IMG/VR virus record: IMGVR_UViG_3300028775_000009
DNA length: 64,000 nt
Source: a virus
Direction: 5' to 3' (one strand)
The translations under genes and the position numbers were made by a program. Below, one piece after another: positions 46,846 to 57,181 of this stretch (position 1 is its first letter; each line of letters opens with the position of its first letter). The notes beneath the pieces are model-generated. The model was given only the letters and a program-made list of their open reading frames with translations, searched no databases and was not told the origin of the DNA.

Positions 46846-47475
46846 ATGGTCAACCTGAACGCAATCCAAAGTATCGTGATGATGGCTCGAAGCCAGGGCA
46901 ATATGGTCGCCGAGATCCACTTCTGCAAGCAGACGCTCGACGAGGTGAAGCAGGCCATCATCGACGAAGGTAAGGCTAAGGTCGAAGACCGGCGATCCCT
47001 GCTCGATCGCATGCGCAACCCGCGACCGGAGCCCACGGTCGAAAACACTGTGTTCACCATCCTGGGAGTCCCTCTCGTCGAGAACGAGATGCTTCCCTGC
47101 GATCAGGTTGCGGTGCGCACAAACAACCAGAATCCGAACTGGCTGCGCGACATCATGAAGGCGCGTGGCGACGGTGCAGCCGCACAGAAGAGCGAGTTCG
47201 AGCAGATTGCGGAGACGCCGTGGTTTAAGGCCGACAAGGTCGATAAGGGCGACCCAGACGCGCCCATCACCGCCTCCATGCTGTCGGGGTCGCGCACTGG
47301 ACGGCCAACCCCCAGCGACCTGTTGATGCACGCTATCGACAATGTCGAGAAGTATGAAGATGTCATCATCATCCCCATCACTAAGGGTGGCGACGTCCTC
47401 ATGTCCGCGACAATCCCACAAATCGCCGCGGAAGGTTACATACGCAAAGTGCTGGTGCGGCTTATGGAAGGCTGA
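46846..47475 (+). CDS. Hypothetical protein
   Basis: GGAGGAG RBS before ATG 46846. Confidence 0.7.
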   Translation: MVNLNAIQSIVMMARSQGNMVAEIHFCKQTLDEVKQAIIDEGKAKVEDRRSLLDRMRNPRPEPTVENTVFTILGVPLVENEMLPCDQVAVRTNNQNPNWLRDIMKARGDGAAAQKSEFEQIAETPWFKADKVDKGDPDAPITASMLSGSRTGRPTPSDLLMHAIDNVEKYEDVIIIPITKGGDVLMSATIPQIAAEGYIRKVLVRLMEG

Positions 47476-47881
47476 GGGTGGAGACGGCGAGGGTAGTCGC
47501 CGTCAGTTCGTCGTACATCCCCTTGGTCCGCTCACAGCAGCAGTCAAAGGTATTGCACGACCCGCACGGTGGCTCTACCGCTTTGACGAACCCGCTGACC
47601 CGGTCGAAATCTTCGGTTTGATCGTACAGTGAAGTGATGGCCACTAGATAATGTTCCTCGTTCGATTCCAACCATGGAAAGTAGTTGAGTAGAGCATCGA
47701 CGCGATCTGTCGAGTCAATCGTTTCGCCATACACTCCCGGCTGGCTAGGATTGCGGTCCGTCCTTTTTGGCTCAGGCATCCCTAAAGCATTGGCGGCCGA
47801 TCCGAGGTAGCAACCCATCCAGTCACCAACACACATTGTTGTGATCGTTCGCCCCATGTCGGCGGCCTCGCTAAGTTTCAT
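47462..47881 (-). CDS. Hypothetical protein
   Basis: TGATG overlap with the upstream HTH gene. Confidence 0.6.
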   Translation of the reverse strand: MKLSEAADMGRTITTMCVGDWMGCYLGSAANALGMPEPKRTDRNPSQPGVYGETIDSTDRVDALLNYFPWLESNEEHYLVAITSLYDQTEDFDRVSGFVKAVEPPCGSCNTFDCCCERTKGMYDELTATTLAVSTLSLP

Positions 47882-48108
47882 CACTTTCCTCCATCGTCCA
47901 GTTTGTACATCACACACCGTTCCACGCCGAGAAACTTCAACACGCTCGCCCCAGGATGCCGCCGGCCCTTGAGAATGTCGGACAGCATCGATGTCGACAC
48001 CTCCAACTCCGCGGCGAACTCCATTTGCATCTTCACCCCCATACGCTGCTTCAGAAGGTCGAGCACCTGCTCCTCCGAAAGATAGAGCACCGACTTCGCT
48101 TTAGCCAT
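47881..48108 (-). CDS. Cro/XRE-like helix-turn-helix regulator
   Basis: QMEFAAELEVSTSMLSDILKGRRHPG. Confidence 0.8.
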   Translation of the reverse strand: MAKAKSVLYLSEEQVLDLLKQRMGVKMQMEFAAELEVSTSMLSDILKGRRHPGASVLKFLGVERCVMYKLDDGGK

Positions 48109-48532
48109 CTGAGCGGCCCCAAGCTCCCGGAAGGTGAAGTCCAAACGGAATTTCAAAGGTAGTCGGCGCTACATAGAAGATCCTCACGTTAATTTTTGCT
48201 GGCCACTCATTTGCCTGCTCGGGGTAGAGCTCAAGAGCGAGCGCGCCAGGGCTAAAAATTTCATTCTTAATGCGCTGGAGAATGCTCCAGTCGATCGGCC
48301 ACATATCCGCGTGTGATCGCACTGCGCACTGCATCCACGCTCCAACCGCACTCGGCTGCATAAATAAATGCACTTCGTACCGCGAGTTTGCGTATATGGC
48401 ATAGCAGTTCTGCAGGAGCAGATTATCGTTGCGCATCTTTTCGGTGATGGCGATCTGTGTGAACGCTGTCCAAACCTTACCAGCCTTCTTCGCTGCGGCC
48501 CGCTGCATTTGTCCTACGGTCGGTCTACTCAC
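48101..48532 (-). CDS. Conserved phage hypothetical protein
   Basis: WSILQRIKNEIF...ALELYP pattern seen in many phages. Confidence 0.65.
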   Translation of the reverse strand: MSRPTVGQMQRAAAKKAGKVWTAFTQIAITEKMRNDNLLLQNCYAIYANSRYEVHLFMQPSAVGAWMQCAVRSHADMWPIDWSILQRIKNEIFSPGALALELYPEQANEWPAKINVRIFYVAPTTFEIPFGLHLPGAWGRSDG

Positions 48533-48624
48533 TTCAGTCGCTCCTCTTTACGCAGCTTCCAATCAACATCGCGCCAAACAGAACCAGTCCGGCAAGACTC
48601 CAAACAAACTCCGCCATAGCAACC

Positions 48625-49511
48625 TCACATCACGTAGGGCTTTTGCAATTCCTTCTTTGACAATTTCTTATCAGCCTGATGCTTCACCATGTTGCTCTCG
48701 ACGGCGCTGTGGAACGCCCTCACCATATGCCTTGCGTCGTTGACCGTGATCCCGTTGCCATCGCTCATGAAGGTGCCGTCCTCCATCTCCATCAGGACGA
48801 TCACCTTCTTGATTCGCAGGAACGATCCGACCAAACCTTGCGCAACCTCAAGCACCGACTTCTTAGGCATTGACATGAAACTCTCCATCAAACAGCGGTG
48901 TGGGCGCCGGCTCTTTTGGCCGGATGGCATCTTCGAGAGTGTAGAAAGTTGGGTAGGCACATACCCTGTGCTGACACTGGTTGTTGTCGTTGAAAAACCA
49001 TTTGTCGTGCGACCCTATCGGGACTCGGCACGACACGCACGTCCGCACCTTCTTCACGGGCTTCTCGGTCGGCTGACCACAGCATGGACATCGGTGCTTC
49101 ATTTCACTCCCCTATAAGCCCTGCCGTAGTAAATCGAACACACGATACTAATTGAGATCCCGTACTTTTTTGCGATAGCATGCTTCGCTCCACGCCACTT
49201 ATGCGCGGCAAGGTAGAGTTTGATATCGCGTACTACCTCGGGTTGAACCGACCCCTTCATGTCGCTACAGTACGCTAATCTGCGTATCAGAATCAAGAAC
49301 TTTCTGCATCGTCAAACTGCATCGTGTTGAACTCCACCAGCGGAACCTCCTGGAGCCAGACGCGGGTGTACAGCATCGAGCTGGCCGTGCGCTGGACGGT
49401 GTAGGTGGATCCAAGGTCGAGGAACTTCATCGCAGCCTCCTGGTGGATGGCGAAGCCTCGCTCGGGGTGGGTGCAGACCACCTTCGTGCCTTTGATGGCG
49501 TAGACGTTCAC
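48625..49511 (-). CDS. Four coupled small ORFs (48625-48876, 48863-49102, 49099-49296 HTH-like, 49293-49511)
   Basis: Overlapping start/stop codons; CxxC motifs in 48863-49102; AIAKKYGISISIV HTH pattern in 49099-49296. Confidence 0.55.
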
Positions 49512-49543
49512 TTCCTGGACTCCATCTTCGTGAGGTTCGGGCT

Positions 49544-49975
49544 ATGGTAATCCCGAATGCAAAGCGTGAGACGTTGCAAAACAAGATTCTGGAAAATGTT
49601 GGTTGGGGTTCGCGCATCTATACCGATCAGCACGTCGGCTACGAGGGTCTAAATGCGACCCGTCTGTTTGTTCACCAGACGGTGAATCACATGCAGGAAT
49701 ATGTACGCGGCGAGGTACACACGCAAGGCATCGAGAACTTTTGGAGTCTGTTGAAGCGGACTCTGAAGGGCACGTATGTTGCGGTGGAACCGTTTCATCT
49801 GGATGCTTACCTCAACGAACAAGTATTTCGCTTCAACAACAGCGGCAAGAAGATGAACGATACTCTTCGCTTTGAGAAGGCGATGAGAAACGTCGCAGGA
49901 CACCGTTTGACGTACACAGAGCTTACCGGCACTGGCAGTGCTACCTCACATTCAGAATCGGCAGGGACGTGGTAA
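49544..49975 (+). pseudogene. IS1595 (ISXO2-like) DDE transposase, C-terminal fragment
   Basis: IYTDQH.GY...HQTVNH...YVRGEVHTQGIENFWSLLKRTLKGTY...HLDAYLNEQVFRFN; the zinc finger and first catalytic Asp are absent. Confidence 0.88.
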
Positions 49976-50007
49976 GAGAGGCCATAAACACGTCTTTGCC
50001 GTCAAAG

Positions 50008-50175
50008 CTATCGCTGCGCGTCTCCCCGAGCAGTTGAACCTTTTTGAGCCTTGGTAGGACGCTTCGCCTTTTTAGGTGTTGGCTTCGATCCAGGTTTCGG
50101 CGCACGAAACAGCGCAGTCATTCCCTTTTCAAAACGCTCTAGAGCTTCCGAGCCTTCATGGTATTCGTGCTTCAT
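50008..50175 (-). CDS. Small basic IS-associated protein (55 aa)
   Basis: MKHEYHEGSEALERFEKGMTALFRAPKP...; AGGAG RBS; convergent with the transposase. Confidence 0.6.
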   Translation of the reverse strand: MKHEYHEGSEALERFEKGMTALFRAPKPGSKPTPKKAKRPTKAQKGSTARGDAQR

Positions 50176-50187
50176 GCCCACATCTCC

Positions 50188-51105
50188 TTACGGTAACTCT
50201 GCCTCTCGCATCAGATTTTTGGGTGCAGGACCAAATTGCCCCATATGAACCATCCCATTGCAATCCACCACAAATGGCGCGTAAGCCTCTATGTGAGAGA
50301 CTTGCCCTCCGTATGAAAATGCTTGATAGAGGTGTATGTAATTCTGCAATGGTCCACCGATTGGACGAGGTGGACCCAGCAGAGGGTTAGTACCGGAGAA
50401 GGCTCCGGCTCCGGAAATAATCCCCCGATCGTGCGGGTTCTTGTCCAATAGCAAGACGATTCTTATCTTTCCATTTGGAGGCATGTTCTTTATGGCCAAC
50501 ATATAGTTTCTATATTCTTTGTCGCCAAAAATCCTAAGATAACCCCTCGCAACGAAAGGTATTGGGGGTCTAACGGGTTCAAAGGTCCAGTCCTCATCAC
50601 CCAATTTAGTTCCGCTGAATTTCTCGACAACGTATGGAAACTGAAACACCACATTCGCTGATAACGGGATGTTGACTCCGTTTTCACTCTTGGCGGTGAT
50701 CTCCACAATGTATTGGCTTCTGGATTGTAAGAACTCCGGGGTGATAGCTTGCATTCCCGGCATAATCTCTATCCCGTCTGGATGAATCCAGTTGAAGGCC
50801 AGCCACGGCGGGTCAGCATACACGCGATGAGACACCCAAAAATTGTGGACAAAAACAAATACCCAAACTATTGATGCTCCCGCCATTCCGATTGCTATGC
50901 TTCTTAGCCCTCTTTTGATGTTTCTCCGAAGGTCGCTCATACCTCCCTCGCGGAAAAAATCGACCAAGGAACTGAGAACGCCAGCGAAGACGGCGATGAA
51001 TGAAGTGCTGAAGCTATCGAGGGTGAGAGAGAAGGCCGTGCGCACAGAAGCCAACAACAAAGCGCTATTTGACGACCAATAAAAGAATTCGGGAATTGGC
51101 CACAT
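50188..51105 (-). CDS. Membrane-anchored cargo protein (305 aa)
   Basis: 2-3 N-terminal hydrophobic segments and a soluble C-domain; visibly more AT-rich than the flanks. Confidence 0.65.
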   Translation of the reverse strand: MWPIPEFFYWSSNSALLLASVRTAFSLTLDSFSTSFIAVFAGVLSSLVDFFREGGMSDLRRNIKRGLRSIAIGMAGASIVWVFVFVHNFWVSHRVYADPPWLAFNWIHPDGIEIMPGMQAITPEFLQSRSQYIVEITAKSENGVNIPLSANVVFQFPYVVEKFSGTKLGDEDWTFEPVRPPIPFVARGYLRIFGDKEYRNYMLAIKNMPPNGKIRIVLLLDKNPHDRGIISGAGAFSGTNPLLGPPRPIGGPLQNYIHLYQAFSYGGQVSHIEAYAPFVVDCNGMVHMGQFGPAPKNLMREAELP

Positions 51106-51368
51106 AACTTTTCAAGGGCATTCTTCTCTTGTTCGCCCTTGTGCGTCAAGTAAGTTATGTCCCAATTATCGCCATCGTCCACCTCAGCTTTCTTATCGCA
51201 GTAGCAGCAACCGTATGGGAGTCTCCGGTAGTAGCAGGTGCAGTGCTGGCCGCTTGATCGCCAGCAAACGGTTAACTCCGGCTCGACCACAAGCTCGCGC
51301 CGCTCTACTTCGGTTTTTCGCGGGTTGGCTGGCGCAAACGGCCTCTTCCATCCAGGTACTAGCATGCT

Positions 51369-52519
51369 TCACCTCATCCCATCAAAACGTTTGGCTATGT
51401 CGAAGGCCTGCGCAAGCGACTGGATGCTGCGGAAGACGTGGTCCGGGTCGCACGGTACTCCGTGAAACTCGAGGCTTGAGACGGGAATAATAATGAACTC
51501 CCCACCCCTGGTTACTGACGTGGTGCCGTCATTAAACGGAACGAACGTGATCGACTTCACTTCTCCCTCGCTTTCAACATTTGATCGGCGTACTCATACG
51601 CGGTATCGCCAAGCGGAAACTTGTTCCTGCCCCACGCGGGGCCATCGCAACTTGCCAGCAAACCCGTCAGCGCAGCCATCGCGAACTGGTCGCGCAACTG
51701 GATCGCGGCCTGCTGTTCGCCAATTTTTTTACGACGCGAAGCATCATTGGCTAAACACCTTTCCACCTCACGTAGTCGCTGCTCTTCGTTCGACACGCAG
51801 CCGGTCTCAGGATTAGCAGCGCCAGTGCCCTGCTCGCCGAACTGGAGCGAAATTTCGATTCCCTCAGAAGTCATTGGCGTTTTCTCTTTCGACCCAAAAA
51901 AATAAGGAGCGGAGGTAGCCTTGCCGTCTTCCCACACCGCACGGGCAAGCTTATCGGAGTCGAGAGGCTGGTTGATGTTCATCGTGGCGGCGTGGTTGAT
52001 ATTGGTCGCAGGCGCAGGACCGGGGCAGTACGGACGAATCCCCATCCACGGCTCGCCGCAGACTTCGCATACCGTGGCGGGCCCGATGCCATCCGTACTC
52101 CACCGATGAAGAATTTTCGCCGCATCCTCCGCCTGAAACGGAACAGTGGCTCGCATCGCGTCCGCAAGCCGAATCCATTCCCCCGTCGGCGACGCCTCCA
52201 TCCCTGCTTCGCCGACGTGCGGATTTAGATCGAACCGCGTAACACACGCTAACCGATCAAGGTCAAATGCCGCCGTTTTCGACCCCTGAAACGGAACGCA
52301 GTCCATCACGCCAACTATCCCGGTGAACCCAGCACCACAGTCGCCGCACAGCGTCCCAGCCCCCGGAGGATTTTTGAGCCAACGATGAACCTTAAACGGA
52401 ACCGCCTTCTCCGGAGAGGCACCCCTCCCAATCTCCCCGATTTTTTTGAGGTCCTCATCCATGTTCGGCCACGGTCGACCATGAGCCGCCTTATCCATCG
52501 CCTTCTTCCCCTCGTCCAT
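51369..52519 (-). CDS. Two hypothetical ORFs (51369-51560; 51557-52519 mosaic with CxxC motifs)
   Basis: The larger ORF ends in the common phage module LRDQFAMAALTGLLA...AYEYADQMLKAR. Confidence 0.6.
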
Positions 52520-52570
52520 AACCCCACCTCCGAAATTTTTTTCCGCCACACCCTTCGCCCCACCACAATA

Positions 52571-52672
52571 CGCAACATTGCGAATCAAATCAACCAAACT
52601 TTAGTAACCAAAATCATATTACTAATCCGCAAAATTGCGAATATCCCCACCACCTTAGTCCGCAAAATTGCG
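52571..52672. repeat. Three CGCAA-NN-TTGCG palindromes around an AT-rich stretch
   Basis: Copies at 52571-52582, 52628-52639 and 52661-52672; AT-rich segment at ~52585-52625. Confidence 0.7.
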
Positions 52673-52772
52673 TAGCGGGGGAGCGAAGAAAAACCCAAAA
52701 CGTGGACGAAGAAGTAGTCGCCGAAGGCGACGCATGCGGCGAGGGGGTATCCCTTGGTTCGCGAGCCTTGGC

Positions 52773-52850
52773 GGGGGCTGGGAGGGTGGGCGTAGGGGTG
52801 GCGTACAGGCGGGGTAGGGGGAGGGAGTGGGTCAGGGGTGGGGGAGGGGG
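52773..52850 (+). other. Cluster of 12 G-tracts (G3-G5), G-quadruplex-capable
   Basis: Counted directly; non-coding, downstream of the 52919 stop. Confidence 0.6.
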
Positions 52851-52918
52851 CGAGTTGTGGGCAGAGGGGAGGCGGGAGACGAGCGAGTTCACGCGATTGC
52901 GGTGGTGGGTCAGGGTCG

Positions 52919-53374
52919 TTAGATTGGTGCGCCTCGAACGTGCTTGACCTTCGGTGGATGGATGGCAAGGCGGCAGCCGTAGGTCTCGCCTGTGTCTTGA
53001 TCGTACTCAGTGTAGGCGCATGGCTGCGAGTGGCTGATGGGTTCGGGTGCAGGTGCATCGGTGAAGCCGACGCAGATATCGCGCAAGGCTTCGAGGTCAG
53101 GCTTTGCCGGTGGCAGGATCTCGGGCTGTAGCTGCGTCGGTCTAGTAGTTGGCTGCTGAGCTGCAAGGATCTCAAGGACGATGGAGCGGACGCGCTGGTC
53201 GAAGTCGGGCGACTTCTCTCTGAGGAGTTCGCCTGTAGTCGCTGTCTTGTGCCAGCCAGCCCGACGACACGAGGCACACAGCCTCGGTCTACGGTTCGCA
53301 TCCTTCACCAACCACCAATGTCCGCAGTCTTCAAGCTCACAGACCCACACGTTACATTCCTGTCGCCGCATCAT
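52919..53374 (-). CDS. Zinc-ribbon protein, probably DNA-binding
   Basis: CELEDCGHWW...RPRLCASC...W; extended -10 (TGcTAATCT) 7 nt before the ATG. Confidence 0.65.
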   Translation of the reverse strand: MMRRQECNVWVCELEDCGHWWLVKDANRRPRLCASCRRAGWHKTATTGELLREKSPDFDQRVRSIVLEILAAQQPTTRPTQLQPEILPPAKPDLEALRDICVGFTDAPAPEPISHSQPCAYTEYDQDTGETYGCRLAIHPPKVKHVRGAPI

Positions 53375-53795
53375 GTGTTACAGATTAGCACTAGCTGTAT
53401 ATAGAGCGCATTACAGATGAGCACCAAAGGTAACGCGCCGGCCGGTTACCAAAGACTCTTGGAATGTGACCAACGTGGGATATGCAAGCCGCCTAGAAGG
53501 TGAGAATCTACCTGTGTTGGCAACGCCAACCAAGGTGAACACAATGAAACGACTCGGAAACAACCCAATCTCCTACAGTTCACAGGCTTTCTACTCGTGG
53601 CGCGACGTCGAGGCCGCATGCTATGGCGTGTTCTCAGTGGAACGCGTTGTGGAGTATGGCGTTACGTGGCTGGTGCTGGTGGGTTTTGGAGAGGTGGTGG
53701 TGGCTCGGACGGCGGCTAACGCGATGCAAGTATTGGCAAATGGCGTGAATTAGGTTGCGCGTTCCATTTATGGGATGTGTGTGGAAGTGGTGTAG

Positions 53796-54560
53796 GTGGA
53801 GTATAGGAAAGCGAGGGTAAGGGTGATGGGATTAGCGATTAGCTTGAGTCATAACGAGGCGGCGAAGGTGTTAGGGGCGCTGCAGCAGGCGCGGATTAGC
53901 CACAATGAAGCGGTAGAGCGGTATGTGGAGGGTGGCGAGGCTGGACGTGCGGGATTTGAGGCGATGCTGGTGGTAAGGAACGAGAGGGCGCAGTGCATTG
54001 TGTTGGGGCTGAGTCGAAGCTGGGAGGAGGCGTACGGAGAGGGGCCTCAAAAATCAGCGGCGGAAGAGGGATTGCTGCCGTGTGGTATCTGTGGCCGGGG
54101 AAGCCGCGAAGCTGGGAGAATCACCTGTAAAGGCTGTACGACGGAGAGGGATAGAGAAGAGGAAGGGTTGAAGGCTGCTACCGTTTCAGGGCGCGAATTT
54201 AGCGCGAAGGAGCGGTTAGCTATCGGCAATAGGCCCGAAGTGGGTACAGATGACGACGCAGAGGACGAGGACGAAGGCGCCGTTTCAGGGCGCGAAAACG
54301 CCGCTGTGGGATCGTCCATTGTTTACGAAGGTGGCATGGTGACAGGCTTCATCAAGAGCCTTACAGCCGACGCGGTCGAGGTAGTTGTAAGCCAGCAGCC
54401 ACATAAGCAACGGGTGCAGACGTTTACCTTTGACTGCTATCGGCTGGTAGACCGAGGTGGGTATTTTGCCCTGTACCAACGTCCAGACCGAGCCGACGCG
54501 ATGAGAGACGAGCTGCGACGAGAGCCGGGGCTGGAAGGTGTAAAGGCTGACCACGACTAA
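53796..54560 (+). CDS. Hypothetical protein (254 aa) with CxxC pairs
   Basis: First long plus-strand ORF; G-rich composition. Confidence 0.55.
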   Translation: MEYRKARVRVMGLAISLSHNEAAKVLGALQQARISHNEAVERYVEGGEAGRAGFEAMLVVRNERAQCIVLGLSRSWEEAYGEGPQKSAAEEGLLPCGICGRGSREAGRITCKGCTTERDREEEGLKAATVSGREFSAKERLAIGNRPEVGTDDDAEDEDEGAVSGRENAAVGSSIVYEGGMVTGFIKSLTADAVEVVVSQQPHKQRVQTFTFDCYRLVDRGGYFALYQRPDRADAMRDELRREPGLEGVKADHD

Positions 54561-54617
54561 GGCACCGTTTTGGGGCTGAGATTCTAGGCATAGCATGCAA
54601 GCATCAAGGAGGCAACT

Positions 54618-55955
54618 ATGGGTTACAACGATCTAAGTGAATGCACCCTAACACCCGACGAGAGAGTAGATGAGGCGGTTCGTATCGGGAGGATTTTATT
54701 CAAAGAGCACGCTAGGGACATGATGACTGAGGCTGAGCAAAAGTTCACCGACCGGATGTTTGAGTGCTCCTATTGCTCGGTCAAACAGTTGTTCTGGCTG
54801 CGTGACATCAAGGACAAGTACATCTAAGGCACCGAGCATGCAAGCATCCACGCACCACCAACCGAAAGGAATACCCATCATGACCCTGCTATTCATCGCA
54901 CCAGCAGCCGCCCTAGTCGTCGCCTTGGCCCTTGGCCTTCGTGATTACTTCGGCTCGAAAGGGAATGTATGAACAACCAGACCACAGCCAAGGAATACGC
55001 CGACCAAGTAGCGAAACAATGGGACGAGCGCAACCCATTTCAGGGTCATACCAGCATGACAGCGCGAGAACTCACGCACTACCTTGAAACCGCCTTCATC
55101 GCAGGAGTGAACCACGCCGCCGCCCGTTTCATGGAAGACAAAGCCGCCGGGGTGGTTCTAGCGATCAAAGAACAATCAGGCCGCCCAACTCCATTCACTT
55201 TTGACCAAGAAATTACCCTTGAGAAGCATTTCAGCAACAAGCCGCCGCTGTTTGCCGCAGGCGAAGCCGAACAACAGCGCCTCTTCGCCGTGCTGGATCA
55301 GGTAGCCGTCGAAGCTTGCGCAGGGGTCAACGAAGTCGCTCAGTTTCTACAGGGAACCTTCAAGCTTCACATCTTCCGCTCGGGCCAGTGGCAGATTCTA
55401 GGCCGAGAATGCCAAGGGGAGCCGTTCGTCTCCTACACCATTCCACCGTTTCAGCAGTCAGAAGCCGAACTCGCCGCCGCTCTACGCGCTGCATTCTCGG
55501 CGTAGAATTTCACCCGTCGCAAAGTTCGACCAACGAAAGGGGACACCATGCCAGACATGACACCACGCGACTTTATCAAGGTCGCCGCAATTCTCGCTCA
55601 ACGATCCAAGGGGGCAATCGTGCCCGTTACCCGCGCCGAGTTCATTGGCCAGTGGGAGAAACAGATCCAGAACACAGCCGCCGCCGTATGGGACGAAGTG
55701 AAGAAGGAGAGCCACACGCCAGCCAGCGCAGCCGTCGCCGCCATGCAAAACGAACTCGTGAGGATCGGCGCCAGGCACACCGGACGAATCGACCGCACCG
55801 AGTTTGAAAGCTTCCACCATTACACGCTCAGAGGCTACCCGGTTCTACTCCGCGCCTTCCATGCAGGCACCTTCGAGGTTTACACCACCGTCGAAGGCGA
55901 CCACGCAGGGGACGCCATAGGAACCGCCGCGGCGCTGGACGAGATAACCCAATGA
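54618..55955 (+). CDS. Early small ORFs (54618-54827, 54969-55505, 55548-55955)
   Basis: Strong RBSs (AAGGAGG, AAAGGGG); no recognisable motifs. Confidence 0.65.
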
Positions 55956-56130
55956 ACTACGCCGGGTTAGCCTTCATCGCCTTCATCATCTTCGCGCCGA
56001 TCGTGATAGCCCTGCTAACGGACAAAACAATAGCGAAACATGACCGCAAGGTTACTAAAGAGACTCTAGACAGGCACTAAAACGAAGCGCATCATCAACC
56101 AACCATCCACGCTTCAAAGGAGCGCAAGAC

Positions 56131-57120
56131 ATGCGAAACGTAGTTACAACCGACGAAATATCCCATTTATGGGCACACCAAACACAAGAATCCGCTCGCG
56201 CCACTTCTGCCATGAGCTTTCATGGGCCAAACTTCAAAAGCTACAACGAAGTTATCGCCGGTATTGCCATCAACCGCACGGGCCAGAAAGCCTTTCTGGT
56301 CACCGCCCACACCTTTAGCGTAACCACCTCGCGCCACCTAAGCAACGTTCGTGAGTCGATCCCCTACGGTGCAAAGGTTTTCTTTGTCGATAAGCCAGAG
56401 GTTTCAACCCGTGAATATGTCCCCGTCCCAGACGGTAAAAAGTATGACGCAAAAAAACACGGATGGATGGACAAGAAAGACGGCCACACTGCAAACCACG
56501 CCGAGAATCTTGACTATTGGCGTAGGCGCATCACCCGCCTACTGGTTGAAGCTGGAGAAGCCCGCCGAGAGGTAAAGCGAACTCGCCTCATGGGTGAAGC
56601 CGCCGCCGACCTCGCAACCATGCATGAGTATGTTGATTTTTTTGGCGTCAAAGGTGTGAAGTACCCCGTTGTAGCATCCACGCCCGAGGAACTTTCCGAG
56701 TTCATTGCAAAGAAAACGAAGGCAGACGCAGCCGAAGTGAAGAAGGCGGAGAAGGCAAGACTCGCAGCGGAGGAGGAGCGTCGTTCGCGATACGCTGACA
56801 GGTTCGCCGCATGGCTTGCAGGTGAAGACGTATCCACCCACGGATGGTCTGACGCTTTCGCTACAGCTCTGCGAATCGCCGAGGACGAGGTGCAAACCTC
56901 ACGGGGCGCATCGTTCCCGCTCAAGGATGCTAAACGCGGTCTGGTTCTGGTTGATGCCGTTGTTGCATCCGGCGAACCGTGGCAGAAAAACGGCGTACGT
57001 TGCCGCCTCGGTCACTTCGAGATTGACCACATAGACAAGGACGGCACAGTGTATGCAGGTTGTCACGTTGTACCGTTCGAGTCTATCGCCCGAATCCGCG
57101 AAGCTGTCATAAGCGCATAG
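56131..57120 (+). CDS. Conserved early phage hypothetical protein (329 aa)
   Basis: AAAGGAG RBS; EISHLWAHQTQESAR N-terminus seen in other phage early proteins. Confidence 0.75.
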   Translation: MRNVVTTDEISHLWAHQTQESARATSAMSFHGPNFKSYNEVIAGIAINRTGQKAFLVTAHTFSVTTSRHLSNVRESIPYGAKVFFVDKPEVSTREYVPVPDGKKYDAKKHGWMDKKDGHTANHAENLDYWRRRITRLLVEAGEARREVKRTRLMGEAAADLATMHEYVDFFGVKGVKYPVVASTPEELSEFIAKKTKADAAEVKKAEKARLAAEEERRSRYADRFAAWLAGEDVSTHGWSDAFATALRIAEDEVQTSRGASFPLKDAKRGLVLVDAVVASGEPWQKNGVRCRLGHFEIDHIDKDGTVYAGCHVVPFESIARIREAVISA

Positions 57121-57181
57121 CCCCAACCTCGCGGACTCCAGACGGCACCTTAAGCGTCGATCTCCGCAAGAAAAGGACACC

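Larger units (their letters stand above)
49528..51163 (+). mobile_element. 5'-truncated IS1595-family element carrying two convergent cargo genes
   Basis: Transposase C-terminal half plus cargo; putative right end CGTCAAGTAAGTTATGTCCC (51144-51163); left end missing. Confidence 0.6.

Noticed and set aside
52585-53301. Pro-rich ORFs (238 aa and 92 aa) and Gly-rich plus-strand ORFs
   Set aside because: Artefacts of the G/C homopolymer tracts.
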